Part shown: positions 28,107 to 38,086 of the stretch, one piece after another
Layout: each line of letters starts with the position of its first letter
Numbering within the stretch: position 1 is the first letter of the stretch
Origin: Actinomycetota bacterium
GTDB lineage: Bacteria; Actinomycetota; Thermoleophilia; Miltoncostaeales; Miltoncostaeaceae
Direction of reading: 5' to 3'
Length of the DNA: 64,000 nucleotides
NCBI GenBank assembly: GCA_031366605.1
Contig: JANLOO010000034.1
Location: forward strand, 34,372 to 98,371
Made by a program: the position numbers and the translations under genes
The notes under the pieces: generated by a model
The model's input: the letters and a program-made list of their open reading frames with translations, nothing else
The model's database searches: none
What the model was told of the DNA's origin: nothing

Positions 28107-28580
28107 TTACCGCCGTGACGCCTTGACGGCGCGATCCGTGTCGCGCTTTGCATCGCGCTCGGCGATGGCGCGGCGCTTGTCATAGAGCTTCTTGCCGCGC
28201 CCCAGACCCAGCTCAACCTTGGCGTGGCTGCCCTTGAAATACACGCGCAGCGGAATCAACGAGAGGTTCTTTTCTTTGATGTCGTCGTCGATGCGTTCGA
28301 TTTCGCGGCGGTTGAGCAGCAGTTTGCGGGTGCGCGTCGGCTCGTGGCCGAACCGGGCGTTGAAGTACTCCGGGATGTGGAGTCCGACCAAGAAGACCTC
28401 ACCGCCGCGAACCTGTGCGTACGCATCACGGATGCTGGCACCTCGGTCACGCAGTCCCTTGACCTCGCTGCCCATCAGCACGATGCCGGCCTCGATACGG
28501 TCCGTGATCTCGTACTCGTGAAATGCCTTGCGATTCTGCGCAACGTCGCGATACCGGTCGTCTGTCTTTTTTGCGCCCAT
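28107..28580 (-). CDS. smpB: SsrA-binding protein SmpB
   Basis: The inner ATG 28580 gives [44 protein letters not shown]...LLLNRREI...[23 protein letters not shown]. Confidence 0.95.
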   Translation of the reverse strand: MGAKKTDDRYRDVAQNRKAFHEYEITDRIEAGIVLMGSEVKGLRDRGASIRDAYAQVRGGEVFLVGLHIPEYFNARFGHEPTRTRKLLLNRREIERIDDDIKEKNLSLIPLRVYFKGSHAKVELGLGRGKKLYDKRRAIAERDAKRDTDRAVKASRR

Positions 28581-28593
28581 TCCGTGCTCGATG

Positions 28594-30330
28594 TTAGCGC
28601 CGCCGCCGGTCCCGCCGACTCCTTGGGGCGGGGCGCGGCGCCGGCATCGACGTGTCGGCGGGCTCCAGGTCGACGCGACCGCGCAGCGGGTTGACCTCGA
28701 CCACCCGGACCGTGATCGGGTCACCCACAGCGATACGCCGGCCGCTCTCGTCCCCGATCAGCATGACGCCGAGCGGATCCGACCGCCACCAGTCACCCTC
28801 GATCCGCCGCGCGGGCAAGTACCCGTCGAACGCCAACTCGGGTCCGTACGCAACGAAGGCGCCGCCCTCGCCGATGCCCGTGACCTCACCCGTAAACCGC
28901 TCGTCGGGATCGTGACGCAAACGCTCAATCAAGAGAAACGCCAGGCAGATGCGGTCGGCTCGGCGCTCCAGCGCCGTGGCCGCGCGTTCGGTCATAGAGC
29001 TGCGCTCAGCCTCGACCGCCAACTCGGTCGCGTCGGCTCCCGGGTCGTCCAACCCAAGCGCATCGAGCAGCGCCCGGTGTGCCGCCAGGTCGGGATACCG
29101 GCGAATCGGCGAGGTGAAATGCAGGTACGCCGAGCTGGCGAGCCCTGAGTGGCCGACGTGCTCGGACGAGTAGTGCGCCTGGCGCAGCGCCTGCAACACC
29201 AGCACCGGCAAGGCGCGTGCCCCGCCATTGACCGCGGTGTGACGCGCAATCGCCTCGCTCGCACGCACGGAGGCCGCGGCACACTCGGTCGGGGTCATCG
29301 GCCCCTCGGGCAACTCGGGCACCGCGACGCCCAGCTCGGTCAGACGCTCGTACAGCAACTCGACACCACGGGCCTGGGGATCTTCGTGACGCCGGAAGAT
29401 CGTCGGCCGATTGCGGGCGAGCATGTACCGGGCCACGGCCTCGTTGGCCGCGATCATGCACTCCTCGACAAGACTGTGCGCCGGCGTCTGGCCCTCCATC
29501 TCGACACCGACCAGATGATCACCCTCAAAGCGAAACGACGGCTCAGCCGTCTCGATGCCAAGTGCGCCGCGCGTCATCCGACGTACGCGCAACCGTTGGG
29601 CCAACGTCCGCACGACCTCGATATCGGCTTCCAACGCGACATCACCCAAACTGCCGTCGGCAAAGAATGCGTCGACCTGCGGATACGTCAGACGTCGTCT
29701 GGAGTGGATGAGCGCGCGACAGAAGCTGGTCTCGGCAACCTCGCCCTCGGCGTCGATCAACAGCTCGACGGTCACCACCTTGCGGTCCGCCCCGGGTCGC
29801 AGGCTGCAGACATCGCTCGACAGGCGCTCGGGCAACATCGGATCGACCGTCCCCGGCACGTACACCGAGTTGCCGCGACGGGCGGCCTCGGCATCGATCG
29901 CCCCGCCGTGGCGCACATACCGGGCAACGTCGGCGATGTGCACCCACAGCCGGATTGCATCGCCTTCAGCCACGACCGCGACCGCGTCGTCATGGTCCTT
30001 GGCACCGTCGGGATCGATCGTGATCACACGCTGCGCGGTCAGATCGCGGCGCCCGACATCGTCGACGAGCGCCTGCTCGGCCACCTCATCGGCCTCACGG
30101 AGCACCGCTTTGGGGAACGAGCGGCCCAAGCCTTCGCTTGCCAGCAGCGCCGCCATCGCCGCCCGCGGCGAGTCAGCCGGACCGTGTACCGCGATGACCC
30201 GTGGCGACCCGCGACCCGTCGAGACCGTGACCAGGTCGCCGATTCTCCCATCCCGGCCGTGTTTGCCGAGGCGCACCGGGGCTCCTGCTTCGAAAGCAGG
30301 CTCCACCGCCAGCCCGCGTCCCGCACCCAC
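28594..30330 (-). CDS. rnr: RNase R / RNase II-family 3'-5' exoribonuclease (RNB plus S1 domains, basic tail)
   Basis: The ORF contains ..ITIDPDGAKDHDDAVAV.., ..HSGLASSAYLHFTSPIRRYPDLAAHR.. and a C-terminal S1-like ..FTGEVTGIGEGGAFVAYG.. ending in RSRRDRRRR. Confidence 0.88.
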   Translation of the reverse strand: MGAGRGLAVEPAFEAGAPVRLGKHGRDGRIGDLVTVSTGRGSPRVIAVHGPADSPRAAMAALLASEGLGRSFPKAVLREADEVAEQALVDDVGRRDLTAQRVITIDPDGAKDHDDAVAVVAEGDAIRLWVHIADVARYVRHGGAIDAEAARRGNSVYVPGTVDPMLPERLSSDVCSLRPGADRKVVTVELLIDAEGEVAETSFCRALIHSRRRLTYPQVDAFFADGSLGDVALEADIEVVRTLAQRLRVRRMTRGALGIETAEPSFRFEGDHLVGVEMEGQTPAHSLVEECMIAANEAVARYMLARNRPTIFRRHEDPQARGVELLYERLTELGVAVPELPEGPMTPTECAAASVRASEAIARHTAVNGGARALPVLVLQALRQAHYSSEHVGHSGLASSAYLHFTSPIRRYPDLAAHRALLDALGLDDPGADATELAVEAERSSMTERAATALERRADRICLAFLLIERLRHDPDERFTGEVTGIGEGGAFVAYGPELAFDGYLPARRIEGDWWRSDPLGVMLIGDESGRRIAVGDPITVRVVEVNPLRGRVDLEPADTSMPAPRPAPRSRRDRRRR

Positions 30331-30377
30331 AAGCCGGCCGACGATGAGCGCCCCCGGCCGCGCGGCGCGTTGACGGC

Positions 30378-31604
30378 TCAGCGGGCCCCCACCTCGCGCA
30401 GCGCCCGAGCCAACGCCTCGTCCACCGGCGTCTTGGGGTTGTCGACCACCTCGACATCGGGCGGCAATCCGCGTGTACCGAGATCAAACCCTTTGGGCGT
30501 CAGGTACGAGGCAACCGTGAACTTGAGTGCCCCACCGTTTGCCAGCGCTCGCGTCGATTGGATGAGCGCCTTACCGAACGTCCGGGTCCCCACCAGACGC
30601 GCCCGACCGGCATCGCGCAGGGCACCCGAGACGATCTCACTCGAGCTTGCCGAATTGCGATCGACCAGCACCACCAACGGAAGGTTCGGGTCAACCGGGT
30701 CTCCCGTCGCCTTCAGTTCGTCGCCTGGTCCGCGTCGACCGCGCGTCGTGGCGATGACGGTCTTGTCGGGCAGGAAAACGCTCGCGATGCCGACCGCCTC
30801 GTTGACCAGCCCGCCGCCGTCCCCGCGCAGATCGAACACGACGCCGGCGACCTTCTGCTCGACGAGCTGACGTACGGCATTGCGAAACGCCTTGGCCGAC
30901 CCATCGGTGAATTGGTCCAAATGCACGTACCCGACTCGCGTCGTGCCCACCGTCTCCACCCGTGACTCCACGACCGGCCGACGGATCTCCTGGCGGGTCA
31001 TCGCATAGTCGCGTTCCTTCGTTCCAGAGCGTGCGATCCGCAACGTCACCTTGGTTCCCTCAACGCCTTTGACGCTCAGCATGGCGGCAAACCCGTCCGC
31101 ACGTGCGACCTTCTTGCCGTCCACGGCGGTGACGCGATCGGCGATGCGGATGTCGGCCTTCGCCGCAGGACCCGCGGGGAACACTCGCGAGATCAGCGCA
31201 TTGTCGCCATCGGGATGCCACTCGACGCCAACGCCGCCGTACTTGCCCGCTCGGTCATTTTGGAACACCTTGTAGTGCTCAGGGTCCAGGTACTCGGTGT
31301 ACGGATCCCCGAGCGTCGTCACGAGCGAGGCGACCGAGGTGTTCTCGATCTTCTTGACGACATCCTGCGGGATCGGTTTGTAGTAGCTGTCGTTCAAGAT
31401 GGCCAGTACCTGCGTCGCGAGCGCGGTGCGATCCTCATCCACCAGCCGGTCCCGGACGCCACCCGGCAGCCGATCCAGTCCGACCTGGCGGGGGTGGCCG
31501 CCGACCCACACGCCCACGACGAACACCAACGCCACGAGCAAGAGTGTGAGAACGGTGCTTCCCCAGCGAAGCGACGTCCCTCGTGTGTGGCGTTCGTCAT
31601 TCAC
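30378..31604 (-). CDS. S41-family C-terminal processing peptidase (PDZ plus peptidase domain) with an N-terminal TM anchor
   Basis: ..VLVDRNSASSSEIVSGALRDAGRARLVGTRTFGKALIQ.. contains the Ser/Lys dyad region. The start is probably GTG 31604. The tracked start 31712 would overlap ftsX by 59 nt. Confidence 0.82.
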   Translation of the reverse strand: MNDERHTRGTSLRWGSTVLTLLLVALVFVVGVWVGGHPRQVGLDRLPGGVRDRLVDEDRTALATQVLAILNDSYYKPIPQDVVKKIENTSVASLVTTLGDPYTEYLDPEHYKVFQNDRAGKYGGVGVEWHPDGDNALISRVFPAGPAAKADIRIADRVTAVDGKKVARADGFAAMLSVKGVEGTKVTLRIARSGTKERDYAMTRQEIRRPVVESRVETVGTTRVGYVHLDQFTDGSAKAFRNAVRQLVEQKVAGVVFDLRGDGGGLVNEAVGIASVFLPDKTVIATTRGRRGPGDELKATGDPVDPNLPLVVLVDRNSASSSEIVSGALRDAGRARLVGTRTFGKALIQSTRALANGGALKFTVASYLTPKGFDLGTRGLPPDVEVVDNPKTPVDEALARALREVGAR

Positions 31605-31653
31605 CGGCTGGTCGAATGATAGGCCAGCCGGTCGGAATTGGGCCGGTCCCTGG

Positions 31654-32556
31654 TCAGACGCGCAGGAAGCGGCGCAGGGTGATGCCGCTGCCGAGGGCGC
31701 CGAGCACGGCACCGGCGACGATCAGGATGAGTGCCAGCGGCGGCAAGCCGATGGTCGAGTCTGCCTGCTGCTGCAGTGGACTGGTGCTCAAGTTCAGGAT
31801 GTGGTCGATGATCGTGACCTTGCCGATGATCAGCAACACGACGGCGGCGACGGCGCCGATCAACCCGAAGATCATGCCTTCGATGACGAACGGCCATCGA
31901 ATGAACCAGTTGGTGGCCCCGACCAGGCGCATCACCTCCACCTCGCGTCGTCGGGCGAAGATCGACAGCCGGATCGTGTTGCCGATCAGCAGTACAGCCG
32001 CGATCACGAGGATCAGCATCAACCCGAACGCACCCCACCGCAACACTTTGGCCGCCGAGAGGAAGTCCCGCGTCGTCTTCTGATTGACGCTGAACCCGTT
32101 GGGTGAATTCTTGTCCTTGAGCCAGTACGGGAGCGGCGCCAGTTCATCGACGATCAGTTGCTGGTTCTTCGGGTCGTCGGGTTTGATCGTGATCGTGGCA
32201 GGCAACGGGTTGTCCGGAAGCAAGTCGAGGATGTCGCCGCCAAATTGCTTCTTTGCATCCGCCAGCACCTGATCCCGACTCTTGAATTCAACGCTCTTGA
32301 CATGAGCGGCGGATTGCACCGCCTTGACCGCCGCATCCATGTCGGCCTGGGAGGCGTCGAGCTGGATGAACGCCCGCAGGTCGAGCTTGTCCTTCTGCCC
32401 GTTGATCTGCGACTGGCTCCAGGAGAACACGGCCAGGAAGATGCCGAGCGTGGCGATTGCGATCAGCACCGTTGCCGTGGCTGCGAACGAGATCGCGGCG
32501 TTGGACCGGATCGACCGGATGGCCTCGAGCGAGAAGAAGCGGAAGCGGCGGCCCAT
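31654..32556 (-). CDS. ftsX: Cell-division permease-like protein FtsX
   Basis: The ORF is 300 aa with an N-terminal TM helix, a periplasmic loop and 3 C-terminal TM helices. It overlaps the ftsE stop by 1 nt. Confidence 0.9.
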   Translation of the reverse strand: MGRRFRFFSLEAIRSIRSNAAISFAATATVLIAIATLGIFLAVFSWSQSQINGQKDKLDLRAFIQLDASQADMDAAVKAVQSAAHVKSVEFKSRDQVLADAKKQFGGDILDLLPDNPLPATITIKPDDPKNQQLIVDELAPLPYWLKDKNSPNGFSVNQKTTRDFLSAAKVLRWGAFGLMLILVIAAVLLIGNTIRLSIFARRREVEVMRLVGATNWFIRWPFVIEGMIFGLIGAVAAVVLLIIGKVTIIDHILNLSTSPLQQQADSTIGLPPLALILIVAGAVLGALGSGITLRRFLRV

Positions 32557-33449
32557 CAGCCCTCCCCGGCTTGGTAGGCGCCACGACGCTGGTCGCGGAC
32601 GAGCTTGCCGCCCGACAGCTCGATGACGCGCATCTGCATTTTGTCGACCAGATCACGGTCGTGGGTCGCCATCACCACGGTCGTGCCGGTGCGGTTGATG
32701 CGGTAGAGCAGCTGCATGATGCCGATGGAGGTCTCCGGGTCCAGGTTGCCAGTGGGTTCGTCTGCGATCAGGAGCGCCGGGTGGTTGACGAATGCACGCG
32801 CAATTGACACGCGCTGTTGCTCGCCACCGGACAGCTCCGTCGGCAGGCGCGAGGCCTTCTCAGCCAGACCGACCAGCTTGAGCATCTCGGGCACCTTGCG
32901 CTTGATCGAACGCGGCGAGTCACCGGTGACCTCGAGCGCGTAGGCGACGTTTTCGTACACGCTGCGTCGTGGAAGGAGCTTGTAATCCTGGAACACGCAT
33001 CCGATCTCGCGTCGCAGCAACGGGATCTTGCCCTTGTGGAGCTTGGCCAGATCGCGCGCGCCGACCATCAGACGCCCCTCGCTGATTTCGAGTTCGCGGA
33101 TGAGCAGGCGGATGAACGTCGACTTGCCGGAGCCGCTCGCGCCGACCAAGAACACGAACTCGCCGGCGTCGATGGCCAGCGAGACGTCGTCCAGGGCGTT
33201 GACCCCACCCGGATAGTTCTTTGTGACGTGTTCCAAGACCACCATCGGGCCCTCGCCGGGACGCAGCATCGAGCGCTTACGGCCACGCTCCGACGTCAGC
33301 GGGGGAAGCTCGTCGGCGGATGGCTCCGCCCACAGGTCCTCAGCGGTCGGCGCGGCGACCGGCATTTCGCCAGTGCCCGACGGAGTCGAAACCTCGGGTG
33401 CGGGGCCCTCCTCGGGCGGCGGCGCGTCATTTGCGCTGCTCATAGCCAT
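32556..33449 (-). CDS. ftsE: Cell-division ATP-binding protein FtsE with an N-terminal Pro/Glu/Ala-rich extension
   Basis: The ORF contains ..[43 protein letters not shown].., [14 protein letters not shown] and [12 protein letters not shown]. The start is uncertain (33494, 33449, 33443 or 33269). Confidence 0.9.
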   Translation of the reverse strand: MAMSSANDAPPPEEGPAPEVSTPSGTGEMPVAAPTAEDLWAEPSADELPPLTSERGRKRSMLRPGEGPMVVLEHVTKNYPGGVNALDDVSLAIDAGEFVFLVGASGSGKSTFIRLLIRELEISEGRLMVGARDLAKLHKGKIPLLRREIGCVFQDYKLLPRRSVYENVAYALEVTGDSPRSIKRKVPEMLKLVGLAEKASRLPTELSGGEQQRVSIARAFVNHPALLIADEPTGNLDPETSIGIMQLLYRINRTGTTVVMATHDRDLVDKMQMRVIELSGGKLVRDQRRGAYQAGEG

Positions 33450-33596
33450 ATTTCTGTGTGGAGTCGGTTCCAATGCGTCAGCCAGGGTATCCATGATTTC
33501 TTGATCGTGTCAAACCGGTCGGGCTGGTCGCCCCACGTCTCACACCATGTTCGCACCGCCTGACGTGACACCTGCCCCCACTCGGCGACCGGTGCG

Positions 33597-34752
33597 CTAC
33601 GCGACCCCGGAACGTGTCTTGGCGCGGCGCTCGAGTTCGGCGCGGATGAACCCGTCCAAGTCGCCATCGAGCACGGATTGGGCGTTTCCGACCTCGTGGC
33701 CGGTACGGAGGTCCTTGACCATGGTGTAGGGGTGCACGACGTACGAGCGGATCTGACTGCCGAACCCGATCGTCTGCGAATCCCCTCGAAGCTTGGCCGC
33801 CTCGGCCTCGCGGCGCTCCAACTCCAGCAGCACCAGACGCGACCGCAGCATCGACATCGCGGTCGCCCGGTTCTGCAGCTGCGAACGCTCGTTTTGACAC
33901 TGCACGACGACCTTTGAGGGCAGGTGCGTGATGCGCACGGCCGACTCGGTCTTGTTGACGTGCTGACCGCCTGCGCCGCTGGCGCGGTAGGTGTCGATCC
34001 TCAAGTCCTTCTCGTCGATCTCGACGTCCACGGCGTCGTCGACGAGCGGGGCGACCTCGACCGCGGCGAACGACGTTTGGCGACGGTGGGCGGAGTCAAA
34101 CGGCGACAACCGCACCAGCCGGTGCACGCCGCGCTCGGCCGACAGCAGTCCGTACGCGTTGCGCCCTTCGACGGTGAACGTCACGCTCTTGATGCCGGCC
34201 TCGCCACCGTCTTGCGATTCTTTGACGTCGACCTTGAGGCGACGATCCCCCGCCCAGCGCGAGTACATGCGCAGCAGCATCTCGGCCCAGTCCTGCGCGT
34301 CGGTGCCCCCTTCGCCCGCGTTGATCGTGACGACGGCTCCGCGCCCATCGTGCTCACCGCCGAACAGGCGCTCCTCCTCGACGGCCGCCAGGTGGACGTC
34401 CGCGCGCGTCAGCGTCTCGTCCAGCTCGGCCACGAAGCCGGTGTCGACGTCACCGTCGTCCTGCGCCTCGTCGCGGGCCATGTCGAGCAGCTCACCGGTA
34501 TCGACGAGTTCCCCGACAAGATCCCGATAGTCGGTGATGCGCTGGGTCAGCGCGGCGTGTTCGGACGACGTGCGGGCCGCCGTCTTCTGGTCATCCCAAA
34601 ACCCGGGCGCCTGCATCGCCTGCTCCAACGCGGCGATACGGGCATCAATCCCCGCCGGGTCAAAGATAGTCGCCCAGAAGCCCGGCACGCTCCCGAAGGT
34701 GCGTCAGGCGCTGGACGAGGTCGTCGAGACGCTGCTGGTCGTCGGCGGACAC
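33597..34752 (-). CDS. prfB: Peptide chain release factor 2, made by a programmed +1 frameshift
   Basis: ORF0 runs from GTG 34752 to the TGA at 34662-34660 (VSADDQQRLDDLVQRLTHLRERAGLLGDYL*). It continues in the +1 frame as DPAGIDARIAALEQ... The main ORF 33597..34688 carries GGQHVN and ..SPF.. motifs. Confidence 0.93.
34659..34665 (-). promoter_or_regulatory. RF2 autoregulatory +1 recoding site, CTT TGA C
   Basis: The heptamer is an exact CUU UGA C. Frame 0 ends here and the conserved RF2 sequence resumes in the +1 frame. Confidence 0.85.
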
Positions 34753-34756
34753 CGGT

Positions 34757-37387
34757 CTACGCTCCGTGACACTTCTTGTACTTGAGTCCCGAACCGCACG
34801 GGCAGGGATCGTTGCGCCCCACGCGGTCGTCCTCGCCAACGACGCGCTGCTCCACCTTGGGTGCCTCCATCGGGTCGTCGCCGTTGGACGACCCCTCCAT
34901 CGGGAACCCGTCCTCGTCGACCGCTCCGTCAAACCCCTGGATGGGATCGGCGGCATACGAGTAGTTGACCTGCTCCGGCTGGTGCGACTCGACCTCGGGC
35001 GCCGTCTCGACTTCGAGGTGGAACATGTAGCGGACGAACTCGCTTTTGACGCCGTCCATCATGTCCTCGAACATGTCGTGGCCTTCGAGGCGGTACTCCG
35101 ACAACGGATCCTTCTGGCCAAGCGCCCGCAGGTGGATGCCCTCCCGCAGGTAGTCCATGTCATACAGGTGCTCGCGCCAGTGCTGGTCGACGGTGCTGAG
35201 CAGCACGTACCGCTCAAGGTCACGGATGAGCGGGTGTTCGCTTTCGTCGTTGACACCGAGTTCGGATTCGCGTGCCTCGTAGGCCGTCATCGCGTCGTCC
35301 TCGAGGCGGTCAAGGAGTTCCTCGCGGGTCAGGGTGGCCAGGTCCAGATCGGCCGGCCCGAACGACACCGGGTAGTACGTCGCGAGCTGCGCGAACATGG
35401 CGTCGAGATCCCACTCGCTGGGGGGGCCGGTCTCGTCGTCATAGGTGTCCACCACACCGACCAGCGTCTCGGCGATCCAATCCTTGGCCTGCTCGGTCAG
35501 ATCCTCGCCCTCGAGCACCTGGCGCCGCTCGCGGTAGACCACCTCGCGCTGCTTGTTGAGCACGTCGTCGTACTCGAGCACGCGCTTACGGATGCCGAAG
35601 TTCTGCTCCTCGACCTTCTTCTGCGCGCCTTCGACCGTCTTGCTGAGGATGCCGGCCTCGATCGGGATGTCATCCGACGGACCGAGCCGATCGAGCACCT
35701 TGTACATGCGGTCGCCCGAGAAGATGCGGATCAGGTCGTCTTCGGCCGAGAGGTAGAACCGCGACTTGCCCGGGTCACCTTGACGCCCGGAACGGCCGCG
35801 CAGCTGGTTGTCGATGCGCCGGCTCTCGTGGCGCTCGGTGCCGAGGACGTAGAGCCCGCCCAGCGCCTCGATGCCCTCGCCCAGTTTGATGTCGACGCCA
35901 CGGCCGGCCATGTTGGTCGCGATCGTGACGGCGCCGGTCTGCCCGGCGTCCTTGATGATCTCGGCCTCGCGGTCGTGTTGCTTGGCGTTGAGCACCTCGT
36001 GCGGGATGCCCCGTCGGGTCAGCTTGCCCGACAGTTCCTCGGACACCTCGACGCTGATCGTGCCGACGAGCACCGGCTGACCGCGCTCATGGGACTCGGC
36101 GATGTCATCGATGACCGCAGCCCATTTGGCATCGCGTGTTTTGAAGATGAAGTCGTTGTGATCCTCCCGAACCATCGGCCGATTGGTCGGGACCGACACG
36201 ACTTCGATCTTGTAGATCTTGTCGAACTCGGTCGCTTCGGTGGCCGCCGTGCCGGTCATGCCGCTGAGCTTGCCGTACATGCGGAAGTAGTTCTGCAGCG
36301 TGATCGTCGCGAGCGTTTGGTTTTCCTCGCGGATCGCCACGCCCTCTTTGGCCTCGATCGCCTGGTGCAGTCCTTCGGAGTAGCGGCGGCCCTCGAGGAC
36401 ACGGCCGGTGAACTCGTCGACGATCAGCACCTCGCCGTCGCGCACGATGTACTCGTCGTCGCGGTTGTACAAGGCATGGGCACGCAGGGCTTGGACCAGG
36501 TGGTTGACGAGCCCGCCGTTGATGTCGAGGTAGAGGTTCTCGATGCCCAGCGCCTTCTCGACCTTGTCGACGCCGCTCTCGGTCGGCGACACCGTGCGCT
36601 GCTTCTCGTCGACCTCGTAGTCGTCTCCCTTCTTGAGGGTTGGGATGACGCGGGCGAAGCGGTAGTAGGTGTCGGCGGCGGCTTCGGGGATACCCGAGAT
36701 GATGAGCGGCGTACGGGCCTCGTCGATCAAGATCGAGTCGACCTCGTCCACGATGCAGAAGTAATGGCCGCGCTGCACACAGTCGTCGAGCCGGACCGCC
36801 ATGTTGTCGCGCAGGTAGTCGAATCCGAACTCGCTGTTGGTGCCGAACGTGACGTCACACGCGTACTGATCGCGACGTGAGGTCTCGGGCATCATCGGCT
36901 GGATCACGCCGACGCTGACGCCAAGGAAATCGTAGATCGGGCGCATCCAGTCGGCATCGCGCTGCGCCAGGTAGTCGTTGACGGTCACCATGTGGACGCC
37001 ACGGCCAAGCAGCGTGTTGAGGTAGACGGCCGGAACCGCGGTCAGCGTCTTGCCCTCGCCGGTCTTCATCTCGGCCACGGCACCCTCGTGCAGGACGCTG
37101 GCCCCGACCATCTGTACGTCGTAGTGGCGTAGGCCCAGGGTGCGCACCGATACCTCGCGCACGACCGCGAACGCCTCGGGAATCAGGGCGTCGAGGCTCG
37201 TCGGGTCGTCTGGATCGACACGTTCGCGCAGCGCGTCGGTCTTGGCGCGCAGCTCCTCGTCGCTCAGCTTCTGCATCTCGGGTTCGAACGCGTTGATCTG
37301 CTCGACGAGCGCGAAGCGGCGCTTCATGTGCCGGCCTTCGCCGAGGCGGAACATCTTATTGAGGAGGTCACTCACGGTGTGCGGCAC
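34757..37387 (-). CDS. secA: Preprotein translocase ATPase SecA
   Basis: The ORF is 876 aa. It contains ..MKTGEGKTLTA.., ..DEVDSILIDEARTPLIISG.. and the C-terminal zinc motif CPCGSGLKYKKCHG. Confidence 0.97.
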   Translation of the reverse strand: MPHTVSDLLNKMFRLGEGRHMKRRFALVEQINAFEPEMQKLSDEELRAKTDALRERVDPDDPTSLDALIPEAFAVVREVSVRTLGLRHYDVQMVGASVLHEGAVAEMKTGEGKTLTAVPAVYLNTLLGRGVHMVTVNDYLAQRDADWMRPIYDFLGVSVGVIQPMMPETSRRDQYACDVTFGTNSEFGFDYLRDNMAVRLDDCVQRGHYFCIVDEVDSILIDEARTPLIISGIPEAAADTYYRFARVIPTLKKGDDYEVDEKQRTVSPTESGVDKVEKALGIENLYLDINGGLVNHLVQALRAHALYNRDDEYIVRDGEVLIVDEFTGRVLEGRRYSEGLHQAIEAKEGVAIREENQTLATITLQNYFRMYGKLSGMTGTAATEATEFDKIYKIEVVSVPTNRPMVREDHNDFIFKTRDAKWAAVIDDIAESHERGQPVLVGTISVEVSEELSGKLTRRGIPHEVLNAKQHDREAEIIKDAGQTGAVTIATNMAGRGVDIKLGEGIEALGGLYVLGTERHESRRIDNQLRGRSGRQGDPGKSRFYLSAEDDLIRIFSGDRMYKVLDRLGPSDDIPIEAGILSKTVEGAQKKVEEQNFGIRKRVLEYDDVLNKQREVVYRERRQVLEGEDLTEQAKDWIAETLVGVVDTYDDETGPPSEWDLDAMFAQLATYYPVSFGPADLDLATLTREELLDRLEDDAMTAYEARESELGVNDESEHPLIRDLERYVLLSTVDQHWREHLYDMDYLREGIHLRALGQKDPLSEYRLEGHDMFEDMMDGVKSEFVRYMFHLEVETAPEVESHQPEQVNYSYAADPIQGFDGAVDEDGFPMEGSSNGDDPMEAPKVEQRVVGEDDRVGRNDPCPCGSGLKYKKCHGA

Positions 37388-37468
37388 TTTCTCGGGTTCG
37401 ACAGCCGGGGAATGGTAGCAACACCGGTTCCGTGCCCTCGGAGACGCGAGGACACGGTGGGCCCAAAC

Positions 37469-38041
37469 CTACCCCGCTGCAATCAAACCCAGGTCACCGT
37501 CGTGACGGCGGTAGATGACGCTGACCGCGCCGTCGTCGTCGGCGTTGCGGAACACGTAGAAGTCGTGGTTGACCAGCTCGAACTGCATGACGGCATCCTC
37601 GACGCTCAACGGCTTCATCTCGAAACGCTTGGTCTTGACCAGCTGCGGGTCCGGCTCCTCGTCGGCGGCCGGAACCGTGGTCGGCACGTCCTCGTCCACC
37701 GTCATCGGCGGGTGCTGGCCATGAGGCAGGCGGTGGCGACGGCGGCGATCGCGGTAGCGCGTGGCCTGCCGCTGCATCTTGTTGACCGCGTGGTCGATGG
37801 CCAGGTACATGTCGCGGTCACTCTCGCGCACACGCAGGACCGGGCCCTTTGTGCGCACGGTGACCTCGGCCACCTGGTTCAGCTCGATGCTCGGGTTGCG
37901 CTCGACGGAGAGCTCCAACTCGACGACCGGGGGTTCGTCCCATGGTGGCAAAAACCTAGTGAGCTTCGCCAGCTTACGCTCGGCATGCTCAAACAACGCG
38001 TCGGTGACCGGGATGTTTTTCCCTTTGACGTGAAGATCCAT
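37469..38041 (-). CDS. hpf: Ribosome hibernation promoting factor (long HPF)
   Basis: MDLHVKGKNIPVTDALFEHAERKLAKLTRF... with a C-terminal dimerisation domain ..KPLSVEDAVMQFELVNHDFYVFRNA... Confidence 0.9.
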   Translation of the reverse strand: MDLHVKGKNIPVTDALFEHAERKLAKLTRFLPPWDEPPVVELELSVERNPSIELNQVAEVTVRTKGPVLRVRESDRDMYLAIDHAVNKMQRQATRYRDRRRRHRLPHGQHPPMTVDEDVPTTVPAADEEPDPQLVKTKRFEMKPLSVEDAVMQFELVNHDFYVFRNADDDGAVSVIYRRHDGDLGLIAAG

Positions 38042-38086
38042 GAAGACCCTCCCCTCGCGTTGTTGCAGTAGGTCAGATGGTACTCC

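Noticed and set aside
34766-36880. 704-aa plus-strand ORF
   Set aside because: It lies antisense to secA, whose identity is unambiguous. It is a low-complexity Val/Leu/Asp/Arg translation.
37394-37402. GGGTTCGAC, which resembles a tRNA T-loop, in the secA leader
   Set aside because: There is no flanking T-stem complementarity and no acceptor or anticodon arms. I found no tRNA, rRNA or CRISPR repeats anywhere in the window by eye.
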